From assembly GCA_052388375.1 (NCBI GenBank), contig JBQTIG010000081.1, positions 20,215-84,214 on the forward strand: a DNA stretch of 64,000 nucleotides, in the 5' to 3' direction. A program made the translations under genes and the position numbers. Positions 17,701-26,987 of the stretch are shown piece after piece. The notes under the pieces were generated by a model that was not told the DNA's origin, searched no databases, and saw only the letters and a program-made list of their open reading frames with translations. The first letter of the stretch is position 1. Every line of letters starts with the position of its first letter. This DNA is from Planctomycetaceae bacterium. Its GTDB lineage: Bacteria; Planctomycetota; PLA2.

Positions 17701-18515
17701 AGTCGGAAAGGCCGGAGTTCCACGTGCGCCTCGACGACCACGTCGGCGCTGCCGCCGAGGCGGATCGGCGGCAGGGGGCTGCCCCAGAAGGGGCCGAGCC
17801 GTTCCGCCGCGTCCTCGTCCCACCGCACCCGGGCCGCCTGGGCGCGTCCCGCGATGCGCGCCGCCTCCGGGTCGTAGGAGGCGGTGACGAGGACCGGCCC
17901 CAGCACTTCGGAGCCCAGCTCCGCTTCCACGCGATAGAGTCCGCCGTCGTACCGCGCCTCGAGAAACGCCACGCCGAGGTCGACGGTGTCCGTCTCCCGG
18001 AGCACGCCCCTTCGCACGAACTGGACGCGGTTCCCGGTTCCGGGGAGGACGGTGACATGGGGGAAGCGCGCCCGTGGGCCGCTCGGCCTGTCCGCCTCCT
18101 CCGTGAACACGCCGCGCACGCCGCCAGCCTGGTCCGGAGTCTTGAGCCGGATGGTGACTCCCGCCAGCTCCACATGGGGGATCTCGAGATGCCCCTGGAG
18201 CAGCCGCTGATGGTCGACGTAGAGGAGCGCGCGCTCGATGGTAGCGGCGGGTGTCCCGTCGGGGTAGAGCAGGCGGAGCCCCTGGAGCTCGACGCCCTTG
18301 CCGAGGCGCGGGACGACGGCCTTGAGCTCGAACGGACCGTTCAGGATGCGGGCGAGGGCGGCGCGAACCTCCCGGTCGATCTCGGTGGGATCGAGGCGAT
18401 GGGCGAGGAAGAGGCCGGCGCCTGCCGCCACCCCCAGGATCAGGAGAGCGAAGACGCGGCCGAACGTCAGCCGGCGTCGAGTCAACGAAGAGAGCTTCCC
18501 ACAGTTTGGGCTCAA
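14736..18515 (-). CDS. TamB/AsmA-like giant envelope protein (translocation and assembly module-like)
   Basis: 1259 aa. N-terminal signal-anchor (FALLILGVAAGAGLFLA), a long beta-rich repetitive body, and a size identical to E. coli TamB. Family assignment is by architecture and is not confirmed. Confidence 0.5.
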   Translation of the reverse strand: MSPNCGKLSSLTRRRLTFGRVFALLILGVAAGAGLFLAHRLDPTEIDREVRAALARILNGPFELKAVVPRLGKGVELQGLRLLYPDGTPAATIERALLYVDHQRLLQGHLEIPHVELAGVTIRLKTPDQAGGVRGVFTEEADRPSGPRARFPHVTVLPGTGNRVQFVRRGVLRETDTVDLGVAFLEARYDGGLYRVEAELGSEVLGPVLVTASYDPEAARIAGRAQAARVRWDEDAAERLGPFWGSPLPPIRLGGSADVVVEAHVELRPFRLSYLYGRADLSGLAGRFGNLQSGRPEGYPFGFRDGRGMVVLDGGRLKLIGLKGSYVSPSGRTGQVGASFDAILDRAGTDLDLHLFGANLHATTADLRLLLASKTVESIVDKYEPAGTFDLDLSISRRLGLPENVHAVLELDGGHFNYAGPLDDATGRRYGFRYPLEECRGRIELRSGVRTPRGLARVVDLVRIDASRPVRAPRPGAPDRVRVAGRGRVVAYLQAPGEPEDADVRIRVLALPVDADLNEAFASAREGIPYRGFTLDGSAEYVNVHVKQDAFGLVVALADYEVFLRDCTLAYHAFPLHVDGLTGLVVSRALPPKSAGGKSRREMELVRLEGTARDGGRVVAAGWVLEDEAGKDDLNVHVHLKGLVLGPDLEAAVGRSSVAGWSVESLWRRVRPSGRIDADVFVRSAESADIDLELGGTVSLAGYGAIDYPIRNLEGALSYRQGIVRVRELRGLLPQGSLAVDGLIQGDGVLDLAVSLQRLGLQPELQEILGETMPELGRELRRLSVSMPSMLDLKLRALRKRPEERIEIDAEASDLDLNAVVGGTPMRVRGGPIGFAPGTFRSGELWIEADGGYVRVREARLALERGGGGRVLLDAKGIHPVAHLGALLGSGIGKVLGSNVRIDLEAFELNFNRADGRVVLAGAVDLRRQAMLQEQQGTLEPTGALELAPITLTPGETPTFSGLIRYRGLNMKLPAGLADLHGQLLVGEGRLGEGLAIRGAILDGTLLAFGRQIEGLALNLEIDPYHVRLGEVVGRFYDGSLRGEVQIHLADPGAFRIRLQAADVDLGKFLRGDRPAEDPMAGRVDAVIEVESPSGDAVDMAGRGEIRVREGELFEIPFFRTILSVLGAVTPIRARPRFRDAVIEYEIRGETIDVKRMHLSTPVSDIYGSGTASIYGDLDLVINPQVTRLIDLPRLLDIPILSTIRNLWHRMVYEVRVVGTVQSPNLRLRALPFLKDRGRSFPSSPHAAQAERIRPDLLP

Positions 18516-18516
18516 G

Positions 18517-19752
18517 TCAGGCCGAATGTGGGGGGGGGCTCGGGGGCCGCGCCTCCAGCTCCGGGACCTCCGCCACCCTCGGGACCTCCCTGCGGTGCGG
18601 TCGCGCCACCACCGAAAACCCTCGGGGCAGGCTCGCGGCGCCTCCCTGATAGACCCGGGAGACCCGCTTGCCCAGGCGCGTCAGCACCTCATAGACGATC
18701 GTGCCGGAGCGTTCGGCCAGCTCCTGCGCGGAGACCTCCTCGTTGCCCGCTCGCCCAAGGAGCACCACCTCGTCGCCGACGCTCACCCCGGGAATATGGC
18801 CCACGTCCACGGTCAGGTAGTCCATCGAGACGCGCCCCACCACCGGCGCGCGGCGTCCCCGGACCAGCACCTCGCCCCGACCCCCCAAGCGGAACGCGTA
18901 ACCGTCGTTGTACCCCACCGGAAGCGTCGCGATGCGCGTGCGACGGGAGGTGACGTGTTCCCTGCCGTAGCCGATCGGCGTGCCCGGTGCGAAGTCCTTG
19001 AGGAAGATTACCTGGGTGCGGAGGGAGAGCGCGGGCTGGAGCCCCTCGCGCAGCGCGCTCGTGGGGGCAAGGCCGTAGAGGCCGAGGCCCGGGCGCACCA
19101 GGTCGAGGTGCGCGGCGGTGCGGGTGAGAACGGCGCCGCTGGCGCTGGCATGGCGCGGGGGGAGCGGGATGCCCGCGGCGGCGACGGCGGCGGATACCTC
19201 CTCGAAGCGGGAGAGTTGCTGGGCGGTGAAGCCGTCGTCGTCGCGCCCCACGGAGGCGAAGTGGGTACAGAGCCCATCGAGGCGCAGATGCTCGGAGGCC
19301 GCGATGAGCCGCGCCACGTCCACGGCGCGGCGGGGCGCGCATCCCAAGCGCCCCATGCCTGTGTCCACCTTGAGGTGGACCGACGCGCAGCGCCGCACGC
19401 GGCGCGCCTCCCGTTCCAGCACGCGCACCCGCTCGGCGCTGTGCACCGTCACCGCGATGTCGTGCGCCAAGACATCCGGCAGTTCGCCGTGGACCACGGC
19501 TCCCAGGATCAGCACCGGGATCGAGAGCCCCGCCTGACGCAGCTCCATCGCCTCCTGGGAATCTCCCACGCCAAGCATGGTCACGCCCTGGGAGGCGAGG
19601 TGCCAGGCGATGGGCACGGCGCCATGGCCGTAGGCGTTGGCCTTCACGATCGCGATGACGCCCTTGCCCTCGCCCGCCAGGAAGCGCAGGCGACGGAGGT
19701 TGCCGGTCACGGCGTCCAGGTCGATTTCGGCCCAGACCCTGCTTTTCTGCAT
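18517..19752 (-). CDS. alr: Alanine racemase
   Basis: Start at ATG (cat 19750-19752), MQKSRVWAEIDL... PLP-Lys motif AIVKANAYGHG. C-terminal motifs VSMDYLTVDV. The ORF-track 572-aa version is over-extended upstream. Confidence 0.85.
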   Translation of the reverse strand: MQKSRVWAEIDLDAVTGNLRRLRFLAGEGKGVIAIVKANAYGHGAVPIAWHLASQGVTMLGVGDSQEAMELRQAGLSIPVLILGAVVHGELPDVLAHDIAVTVHSAERVRVLEREARRVRRCASVHLKVDTGMGRLGCAPRRAVDVARLIAASEHLRLDGLCTHFASVGRDDDGFTAQQLSRFEEVSAAVAAAGIPLPPRHASASGAVLTRTAAHLDLVRPGLGLYGLAPTSALREGLQPALSLRTQVIFLKDFAPGTPIGYGREHVTSRRTRIATLPVGYNDGYAFRLGGRGEVLVRGRRAPVVGRVSMDYLTVDVGHIPGVSVGDEVVLLGRAGNEEVSAQELAERSGTIVYEVLTRLGKRVSRVYQGGAASLPRGFSVVARPHRREVPRVAEVPELEARPPSPPPHSA

Positions 19753-19807
19753 GGATCCCTCTTGTACGTCGGTGCTCCGACAGAGGGCGTGGCGCGTGGG
19801 GACGTGA

Positions 19808-20491
19808 TTATGCCACGTCCCCGCGCGGCTGCCGCTTGATCTCCGGATCGGAGAGCCGCAGGTAGAGGGGACGCAGCAGGCGCGGATCGGGTAGCTCTCC
19901 CGCGAGATACCGCTCGGCGGCGATGGGCAGAAGGAGGTCGGGGCGCGGAGGGGCTTTCGACGAGCCTGGAAGTGCGCGGAAGACTTCCGGGAAGCGCTCG
20001 CGCGCGTCCCCGAGAACGAAGGTCTCGGCGGGCAGCCCCGCCGCAGACTCCTCCGGCGGGACGTGGCGGTAGGGGCCCGCTTCGACGAGACGCCCGTCGC
20101 TGCGAAGGAAATGCGCGCAATAGACCCGCCCGCGCCGCGCGTCCAGGGCGACCAGGATCGATCGGGCCCCCTCCGGCGCGTTGCCCGCGATGCCGTGCAG
20201 CGAGCCCACAGCGAGGGCGGGCCGCCCCGCCGCATAGGCGAGGGCGCCGGCAGTGGCGATGCCGATCCGGATCCCGGTGAAGGAGCCCGGCCCGACCCCG
20301 CATACGACCCCGTCGAGATCGCATGCCGCTCTCCCAGCCCCCCGCATCAGATCGCGCACGAGGCCCGCCAGCCCGCGCCCGCGCGGCTCACCCTCCCCGA
20401 GTTGCGCCCGGGTCACGCGCCCGTCCGCCAGGAGCGCGGCCCCGCCCCCGGGTCCCGTGACGTCGATGGCCAGCAGGAGAGGCGACCCCAT
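19808..20491 (-). CDS. tsaB: tRNA threonylcarbamoyladenosine biosynthesis protein TsaB (YeaZ)
   Basis: 227 aa. MGSPLLLAIDVTGPGGGAALL...CGVGPGSFTGIRIGIATAGALAYA, characteristic of YeaZ. Confidence 0.8.
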   Translation of the reverse strand: MGSPLLLAIDVTGPGGGAALLADGRVTRAQLGEGEPRGRGLAGLVRDLMRGAGRAACDLDGVVCGVGPGSFTGIRIGIATAGALAYAAGRPALAVGSLHGIAGNAPEGARSILVALDARRGRVYCAHFLRSDGRLVEAGPYRHVPPEESAAGLPAETFVLGDARERFPEVFRALPGSSKAPPRPDLLLPIAAERYLAGELPDPRLLRPLYLRLSDPEIKRQPRGDVA

Positions 20492-20499
20492 CGCCCGCC

Positions 20500-21729
20500 C
20501 TACTCGGTCGTGAATCGCACGTAGGGGCGCTCCTCGTTCGGGCTGCCCACGGTCAGGAACGAGAGGATGGCGCCGGCGTCGGGGTGGCTGTCGGGGTTTC
20601 CGAGGCGCAGGGAGATGGCCGCCTGGAGCGTCACCTCGTTGTAGGGCTCGGCGTTGGCGACATCGATGACGAGCTGAAGGTCCGACATCACCTCGTTGGT
20701 CATGAGTGTCTTGGGACCGCTGATCTTGATGAGGGGGCAGACGCCCCGGCGGATGTTCTCCATGGTGAGGCTGAATCCGACCCCTTCGGCGCGGTGCCGC
20801 CTCAGGAAGCCCACATCCTGGTCCAGCTGCTGCGGGGCGTTCAGGAGGAGGATCGGCAGATCGACGGCGTCGCGGGTGTCGCGCTGCGGCTGCACCTCGA
20901 AATCGAATTCGATCTGCTGGGCCAGCGCCTCCGGTCGGCTGCGCGGGAGCCCGAGCACCGTGAGGAGCGCGGGATCGCCGCGGAAATCGTTCGCGGTCCA
21001 GTCCACCTGGTCGACGATGCCGGAGACCTTGGATTTGCCCGCCTCCGGCCGGCGCAGGCGGAGGATCCCGCTCACGCTCCGGATCTTCACCTTCAACTGC
21101 GCTCCGGAGGTGCGGGGGAGGCTCTTGGCGGGACCGGAAATCTCCACGCTCTCCGGCCGGAACAGGATCTGCACTTGACGCCCGCCGCCGGGCGCCTCAT
21201 AGGCGCTCTCGCTGTCGAGCAGCGTGTCCTGGGGAAAATCGGGATGGGGGACCACGCGCAGGCGGACCGTGCCCCGCGGCTCGAGCTCGAGGAGGGGGGC
21301 GGGGGCGATCTCATCCTTCAGCTCCACGCCTCCGCGCAGGATCTGCAGCTGGCGGAAGAACTCGCGATTGATCGGGATCCGCACCGCGTTGCGGCCCGTC
21401 ACGTCGGTGGTGTAGCGCCGCAGGAATTCCTCGCTGATCCGGATGTCGACATCGCGGTTCTGCTTGAACTGCTGCTCGACGTCCTCGACCTTGGCCCGGA
21501 TCCCGCGGATGAGCAGCTTGCGCAGGTCGATGTTGGGCGTCATGACCACGAATCGCTTGCCGAGCTCGTCCTCGATGGCGAATCGCAGGCGGAGGTGGGA
21601 GATCTCCCGCTCGTCGCTCAGGGTCTGGAGGACGAAGGCGAAGAGGACCACCGAAAGGATGAGGGAGAGGAACTTCGTGCCCAGGTGCCGGGTGACGAGG
21701 TCGAGGAGGAAGGTCCGCCAGGCGCTCAT
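20500..21729 (-). CDS. YbbR-domain protein (CdaR-like regulator of diadenylate cyclase)
   Basis: 409 aa. N-terminal TM helix followed by repeated YbbR-like beta domains. It lies immediately downstream of cdaA with a 4-bp overlap. Confidence 0.6.
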   Translation of the reverse strand: MSAWRTFLLDLVTRHLGTKFLSLILSVVLFAFVLQTLSDEREISHLRLRFAIEDELGKRFVVMTPNIDLRKLLIRGIRAKVEDVEQQFKQNRDVDIRISEEFLRRYTTDVTGRNAVRIPINREFFRQLQILRGGVELKDEIAPAPLLELEPRGTVRLRVVPHPDFPQDTLLDSESAYEAPGGGRQVQILFRPESVEISGPAKSLPRTSGAQLKVKIRSVSGILRLRRPEAGKSKVSGIVDQVDWTANDFRGDPALLTVLGLPRSRPEALAQQIEFDFEVQPQRDTRDAVDLPILLLNAPQQLDQDVGFLRRHRAEGVGFSLTMENIRRGVCPLIKISGPKTLMTNEVMSDLQLVIDVANAEPYNEVTLQAAISLRLGNPDSHPDAGAILSFLTVGSPNEERPYVRFTTE

Positions 21730-22526
21730 GCCCTCACCTCCTCTCCGGCCAGGAGCCGCGCCAGGGTCTCCTCGGTCTTGACGGTGTCCTCCTGCGGCGA
21801 CAGCTCCCCGTTCACGACCAGGGAGATCGTGCCGGTCTCCTCCGACGTGACGATCACCACCGCATCGCTCTCCTCCGTGATGCCGATGGCGGCGCGGTGG
21901 CGCGTGCCGTAGCGGGTGGGGACGGCGGGGTTCTGGGTGAGCGGGAGCACCGCCCCGGCCGCCTCGAGCCGTTCGCCCCGCACGATGACGGCGCCGTCGT
22001 GGAGAAGGGTCGCGGTGGCGAAGATCGTATCGAGCAGCTCGGCCTTCACGAGGCCGTCGATCCGGACCGCCCGGTCGATGTAGGGCTGGAGCGAGACCTG
22101 GCGCTCCATCACGACGAGGGATCCGATCCGGTTGCGGCTGAAGCGGCGCGCCGCCTTCAAGACCTCCTCGCCGATGGTGCTCCCGGTGTCCTTGGTTTTC
22201 ATCCCGAACCGGCGCAAGAACCGCGCCATGGGGGACCGCCCGAGGCGCGTGAGCCCGTGGCGCATCTCCGGCTGGAAGATGATCACCAGGGAGAGGACCG
22301 CGAAGAGGATGAAGTACTGGAAGATCTCGCGCAGGGTGTCGAGGCGGAAGATGTCGAACAGGCGGATCGCCACGATGATCGTCAGCACCGCCACCAGCCC
22401 TACGCTGCGCAGGAATCCGCCCGCCACCGTCGACTCCAGGTAGCGGAGCGTCCAGTAGAGGATCACGAAGAGAACGGCGATCTGCGCGAGGTTGCGGGGG
22501 TCGGTGAGGAGGGGAAGATCGAACAC
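21726..22526 (-). CDS. cdaA: Diadenylate cyclase CdaA (c-di-AMP synthase)
   Basis: Probable GTG start (cac 22524-22526): VFDLPLLTDPRNLAQIAVLFVILYW... Three N-terminal TM helices. DisA_N motifs LHDGAVIV and TRHRAAIGITEESDAVVIVTSEETG. The ORF-track 335-aa version is over-extended. Confidence 0.8.
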   Translation of the reverse strand: MFDLPLLTDPRNLAQIAVLFVILYWTLRYLESTVAGGFLRSVGLVAVLTIIVAIRLFDIFRLDTLREIFQYFILFAVLSLVIIFQPEMRHGLTRLGRSPMARFLRRFGMKTKDTGSTIGEEVLKAARRFSRNRIGSLVVMERQVSLQPYIDRAVRIDGLVKAELLDTIFATATLLHDGAVIVRGERLEAAGAVLPLTQNPAVPTRYGTRHRAAIGITEESDAVVIVTSEETGTISLVVNGELSPQEDTVKTEETLARLLAGEEVRA

Positions 22527-22531
22527 GGGCT

Positions 22532-23407
22532 TCAGCTTCGGGCGCCGGGACCGGCCGGCGGCGAGCGTGGGCCTGAGCCTAGCATGACGCGCGAAAAAGC
22601 GGCAGCCACGCGGGCGGCGTCGAGCGCGGCTTCGACCTCGTGGACGCGGAGGAGCGCCGCCCCAAGGGTGGCGGCGAGGGCGCACGCGGCGGTGGTCGCG
22701 GCGCCGCGGTCCCCGATCCCGCGACCGGTCCACTCGCCCAGGAACCGCTTGCGAGAGAGGCCCACGACCACCGGGAAGCCGTGCGCGGCGAGGCGGGGAA
22801 GCGCCTCGAGGAGGGCGAGATTGTGGGCGGCGGTCTTGCCGAATCCGATGCCGGGGTCGAGGAGGATGCGATCCTTCGCCACGCCGGCCCGCTGGGCGGC
22901 GGTCGCGCGCGCGAGGAGGAATTCCGTGACCTCCGCCTCGACATCGTCGTAGCGCGGATCCTCCTGCATGGTGGCCGGCTCTCCCCGCATGTGCATGAGC
23001 ACGAGGCCCGCGCCGCGCTCCGCCACGAGGGGGAACATCGCGGGGTCGCTCCCCGCCGAGACGTCATTGACGATCCCGACCCCCGCGTCGAGGGCGCGCT
23101 CCGCCACCTGGGCGCGGCGCGTGTCGATGCTCGTCTCCAGCCCCTCGAGGAGGCGGAGCACCGGGAGGACGCGGGCGATCTCCTCGCCCGGGTCGATCGC
23201 CCGCGCCCCGGGCCGCGTCGACTCCCCGCCGACGTCCACCAGCGCGGCGCCGGCGCGCGCCATGGCGTGACCCGCCGCTGCCGCGGCGGCGGGATCGGAG
23301 TGCCGCCCGCCGTCCGAGAATGAGTCCGGCGTCACGTTCACGACGCCCATGACCAGGGCGTGCTCGCGCCGGGCGAGCGCCTCGAAGAACCGAGCCGCGC
23401 GGACCAC
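22532..23407 (-). CDS. folP: Dihydropteroate synthase
   Basis: MGVVNVTPDSFSDGG, VDVGGESTRPG, DPGIGFGKT. Confidence 0.88.
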   Translation of the reverse strand: MVRAARFFEALARREHALVMGVVNVTPDSFSDGGRHSDPAAAAAAGHAMARAGAALVDVGGESTRPGARAIDPGEEIARVLPVLRLLEGLETSIDTRRAQVAERALDAGVGIVNDVSAGSDPAMFPLVAERGAGLVLMHMRGEPATMQEDPRYDDVEAEVTEFLLARATAAQRAGVAKDRILLDPGIGFGKTAAHNLALLEALPRLAAHGFPVVVGLSRKRFLGEWTGRGIGDRGAATTAACALAATLGAALLRVHEVEAALDAARVAAAFSRVMLGSGPRSPPAGPGARS

Positions 23408-23459
23408 GCCGCAAGCCTATCCGAAATCGCCGGGATCCCGGCGCCCCGGCGCGCGGTCC

Positions 23460-25517
23460 CTAGGTTCCGGCGAAGCCGGGGGCGGGGCCTCGGTCGAGGC
23501 GGGGGAGAGGGTCGGTCTCCCGGCGCTCCCCGACCACCGGCTTGCCGGAGGGAGGCGGGGCCTCCTTGGTGCGGCGGTGGGCATCCAGATCCCCGCCCCG
23601 CATCACCAGGGAGACCTCGTCGGCATTGAGCGCCTCGTAGCGGATCAACGCCTTCGCGAGGAGCTCGAGCTTGTCGCGATGGGTCGTGAGGAGCTCCTCC
23701 GCGCGCTTGTAGCAGGCCTGGGAGATGCGGGCGACCTCGGCGTCGATGGTCTGCACCGTGGAGTCGCTGTGGTTATGGGTGCGGGTGATTTCGCGGCCCA
23801 GAAAGAGCGTCTCCTCGTCCTGGGAATAGTTGAGCGGTCCCAGGGCATCGCTCATCCCGAACTGCGTCACCATGCGCCGCGCCATGTCGGTGGCGCGCTT
23901 GATGTCGTCGGCGGCGCCGGTGGAGAGATCCCCGGTCTCGAACTTCTCCGCGATGCGTCCCGCGTAGAGGATGGTGATCTGCGCGAGGAGCCGGTTGCGC
24001 CCGAAGATGTAGCGGTCCTTCTCGGGGAGGAAGAAGGTGGCTCCGAGCGCCGTGCCGCGCGGGATGATCGTCACCTTGTGGAGCGGATCGGACTCGGGGA
24101 GCACGAGGTGCATGAGGGCGTGGCCCGCCTCGTGGTAGGCGAGCGCCCGCTTCTCCTCGTCGGTCATGACGCGGGAGTGCCGGCTCCGTCCCCAGCGCAC
24201 CTTGTCCCGGGCCTCCTCGAGATCGGCCTGGCCCACGCCGTCGCGATTGCGCATCGCCGCGCCGATGGCGGCTTCGTTGATGACCGCCTCGAGCTCGGCG
24301 CCGGTGAACCCGGGGGTCCCCCGGGCGATGAGCTCCAGGTCCACGGCGGGAGCCAGCTTCACCTTCCGCGCGTGGACCTTGAGGATCTCCTCCCGGCCCT
24401 TCACGTCCGGAAGGTCGATGGTGATCTGGCGGTCGAAGCGCCCAGGCCGCAGGAGGGCGGGATCGAGCACGTCGGGCCGGTTCGTGGCCGCGATGACGAT
24501 GATCCCCTTGTCGGTCTCGAACCCGTCCATCTCCACCAGGATCTGGTTCAGCGTCTGTTCGCGCTCGTCGTGTCCGCCCCCGAGGCCGGCGCCGCGGCGG
24601 CGTCCCACCGCGTCGATCTCGTCGAGGAAGATCAGGCAGGGGGACTTCTCCTTGGCCTGGTTGAAGAGGTCGCGCACCCGGGAGGCGCCGACCCCCACGA
24701 ACATCTCCACGAAGTCGCTGCCGGCGATGGAGTAGAAAGGGACGCCCGCCTCGCCGGCGATCGCCTTCGCGAGGAGCGTCTTGCCGCACCCCGGCGGGCC
24801 CACGAGCATCACGCCGCGGGGGATGCGCCCGCCGAGCCGCTGGAACTTGGCGGGGCTGCGCAGGAACTCGACGATCTCGCGCACCTCCTCCTTGGCCTCC
24901 TCGATGCCCGCCACGTCGGCGAAGGTGACGTTCGCCATCTCGGGGGTGTAGAGGCGCGCGCGGCTGCGCCCGAAGGAGAGCACCCCCCCGGCCCCCCCCG
25001 CCTGCCGCATGGGGCGCAGGATGAAGAACCAGAAGAAGGCGATGATCAGGAACCAGGGCGCGATGGTGAGGAGGAAGTGCGGGAGCAGCTGCGGCGCGTC
25101 GCGGAACTTCAGCTTCTCGGGGGAGATGCCCCACTGCTCGCTCGCCAGCGTCTCGAACACGGCGGGGGACTCGACGATGCCCCGCATGACGTCCTCGACG
25201 ACGTAGCGGTCCAGCTTGGCGATCTTCTCCCAGCGCGCGTCCTTGGCGGCCAGCTCCGCGAGCCGCTGGCGGTTGAGCTTCCCGCGCAACTCGACCCGGT
25301 CGATGCTGTGGAGGATCTCGATGTCCTCGAGGCACTTCTCGCGACCGAGCGCATGGAACTGCGCGTAGGTGATCGCGACGCTCCCCTCGGCCCCTTGACC
25401 GGCCGACCAGATCGCGACCAGCGCCAGGCCCAGAAGAAGGAAGAAGAGGGGGAGGTTGCGACCGCGCTTCACGCGCGTCTCCCGGCCCTTGGTCTTCTTT
25501 TCCTTGGTTTCCATCAT
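23460..25517 (-). CDS. ftsH: ATP-dependent zinc metalloprotease FtsH
   Basis: 685 aa. N-terminal TM. Walker [12 protein letters not shown] motif. The zinc site HEAGHAL. Confidence 0.92.
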   Translation of the reverse strand: MMETKEKKTKGRETRVKRGRNLPLFFLLLGLALVAIWSAGQGAEGSVAITYAQFHALGREKCLEDIEILHSIDRVELRGKLNRQRLAELAAKDARWEKIAKLDRYVVEDVMRGIVESPAVFETLASEQWGISPEKLKFRDAPQLLPHFLLTIAPWFLIIAFFWFFILRPMRQAGGAGGVLSFGRSRARLYTPEMANVTFADVAGIEEAKEEVREIVEFLRSPAKFQRLGGRIPRGVMLVGPPGCGKTLLAKAIAGEAGVPFYSIAGSDFVEMFVGVGASRVRDLFNQAKEKSPCLIFLDEIDAVGRRRGAGLGGGHDEREQTLNQILVEMDGFETDKGIIVIAATNRPDVLDPALLRPGRFDRQITIDLPDVKGREEILKVHARKVKLAPAVDLELIARGTPGFTGAELEAVINEAAIGAAMRNRDGVGQADLEEARDKVRWGRSRHSRVMTDEEKRALAYHEAGHALMHLVLPESDPLHKVTIIPRGTALGATFFLPEKDRYIFGRNRLLAQITILYAGRIAEKFETGDLSTGAADDIKRATDMARRMVTQFGMSDALGPLNYSQDEETLFLGREITRTHNHSDSTVQTIDAEVARISQACYKRAEELLTTHRDKLELLAKALIRYEALNADEVSLVMRGGDLDAHRRTKEAPPPSGKPVVGERRETDPLPRLDRGPAPGFAGT

Positions 25518-26038
25518 GATCCTGCCGCGGGACTTCCCGGGGAGCCGGCCTCCAGCACGTAGACGATGCGCTCCGCGAGGTCGCGCAGCGCCTGCTCCTG
25601 CGCCGATTCGAGCGTGGCGATGCGCCCCGCGCGGTCCGAGAAAGGCTCGCGTTCCGTCATGGAATACGTCCGAATCACCCTTTCGGTCGCTCGTTCCCGA
25701 ATCTGGACCTCCGCGGTGACCACGAAGGAGGACTCACGCACGGCATCGCCCCGATCCTCGCTCAGGACCTGCTCGCCGGCCTCGGTGATCCTCCCGCCCA
25801 GCAGCCAGTCCGCCTCCCCCGGGCGCACGGCCGCCTGCGGGCTGCGCGCCCGCAGCTCGTCGGCCACCATCCGCGTGAGGCGCATCTCCAGGCCGCGCCG
25901 GAACGTATCGTTGTCGAAGGGGAGCACCGCCACCCGCGGAAGGCTCCCCGAGGCGGTGCGTTCCTGGGTGGCGACGGCCCCCCAGGTGTATCCGCAACCG
26001 GACGCGGCGAGGGCCGCGGCGAGGGCGATCCACCTCAT
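25514..26038 (-). CDS. LptE-like lipoprotein (putative LPS-assembly lipoprotein)
   Basis: 174 aa. Lipobox LAASGC followed by GYTWG and a RVAVLPFDNDT pattern like LptE family members. Its position next to bamD fits an outer-membrane biogenesis role. The assignment is tentative. Confidence 0.4.
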   Translation of the reverse strand: MRWIALAAALAASGCGYTWGAVATQERTASGSLPRVAVLPFDNDTFRRGLEMRLTRMVADELRARSPQAAVRPGEADWLLGGRITEAGEQVLSEDRGDAVRESSFVVTAEVQIRERATERVIRTYSMTEREPFSDRAGRIATLESAQEQALRDLAERIVYVLEAGSPGSPAAGS

Positions 26039-26955
26039 CCCGCCTCCCGCGCGCCGAGCCGGCTCAGTCGCTCCGCCGCCAGGCGGGCGTGCTCGGTGCC
26101 GGGGTACTGCCGCACGCAGTACTCGTAGTAGAAGGCGGCGGAACGGGGCTGGTTGCGCCGCTCGTAGAGGCGCGCGACGAGGACCTGCTTCTCCGCCAGC
26201 TGTTCGAGGATCCCCTGGATTCTCGCCTCGGCGTCGGCGACGCGGCCGCTCTCCGCCTCCGCCTCGGAGTTCCGGAGTCGCGCGACCTCCACGTAGTCCT
26301 GGAACGCGCGCGCCGCCTGCAGGAGGATCCGCTCGTCATAGGCGGCGCCCTCGCTCTGGCGCCAGAGCGCCATGGCCAGGGAGCGGCGCGCCCCGAGGCC
26401 GTACTCGCTGCGCGGATACTCCGCCAGGAGACTCCGGTAGGCTTCGGCGGCCTCCTTGTGCTCGCCGTTGCCCATCAGGTAGTCGCCGGAGCGGACCAGC
26501 GCGTCGTCGGCGAGCGAGTGGTTTGCGAAGTTGGCCTGCATATGGCCGAGGATCTTGACCCCCTGGCCACGATCGGGCGGGAAGAAGAGAAAGCCCGGCA
26601 TCCTCCCCTCGAGGTACTGCACCCCCAACGCGAACTCCGCCTCCGCGGCGGCGACGCAGAACCGGCTCGTGGGATAGCGCTCGATGAACCGCTTGTAGGC
26701 CTCGAAAGCGCTCGCCCCCTGCTGGGCGAAACGGCGCATCTCCGCGATGAGGAACTGCGCTTCCTCCACCTCGACGGCGGCGGGATGGCGCTTCACCAGG
26801 GCGTCGAAGTGCAGCCGTGCCCGGTTCCAGCGTTTCTGGGAGGCCCACTCCTTGCCGAGCGCCAGGAGCCGGTCGGGGGGAGCCTTGGGCGCCGAGGAGC
26901 ACGCAGCCAGCAGGGCGGCGAGCCAGATCGGCAGGAACAGGGCCCGATGGGGCAT
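26035..26955 (-). CDS. bamD: Outer membrane protein assembly factor BamD (TPR lipoprotein)
   Basis: Start at ATG (cat 26953-26955), MPHRALFLPIWLAALLAACSS (lipobox). TPR-like repeats. The upstream part of ORF-track 26035..27303 is rejected. Confidence 0.7.
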   Translation of the reverse strand: MPHRALFLPIWLAALLAACSSAPKAPPDRLLALGKEWASQKRWNRARLHFDALVKRHPAAVEVEEAQFLIAEMRRFAQQGASAFEAYKRFIERYPTSRFCVAAAEAEFALGVQYLEGRMPGFLFFPPDRGQGVKILGHMQANFANHSLADDALVRSGDYLMGNGEHKEAAEAYRSLLAEYPRSEYGLGARRSLAMALWRQSEGAAYDERILLQAARAFQDYVEVARLRNSEAEAESGRVADAEARIQGILEQLAEKQVLVARLYERRNQPRSAAFYYEYCVRQYPGTEHARLAAERLSRLGAREAG

Positions 26956-26987
26956 GGGGCGGGGGAGCTGCAAGAGGCGGACCGATC

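Noticed and set aside
18530-18538. G9 tract at the alr 3' end
   Set aside because: It encodes the Pro-rich C-terminal tail (PPPHSA) in frame. There is no evidence of a frameshift, so it is only noted as a potential slippage site.
14778-18953. 1391-aa plus-strand ORF, the 878-aa ORF 15187..17823 (-) and others across the TamB-like gene
   Set aside because: These are alternative frames of a 3.8 kb high-GC gene. Their composition is dominated by R/G/A/P and they have no start-proximal signals.
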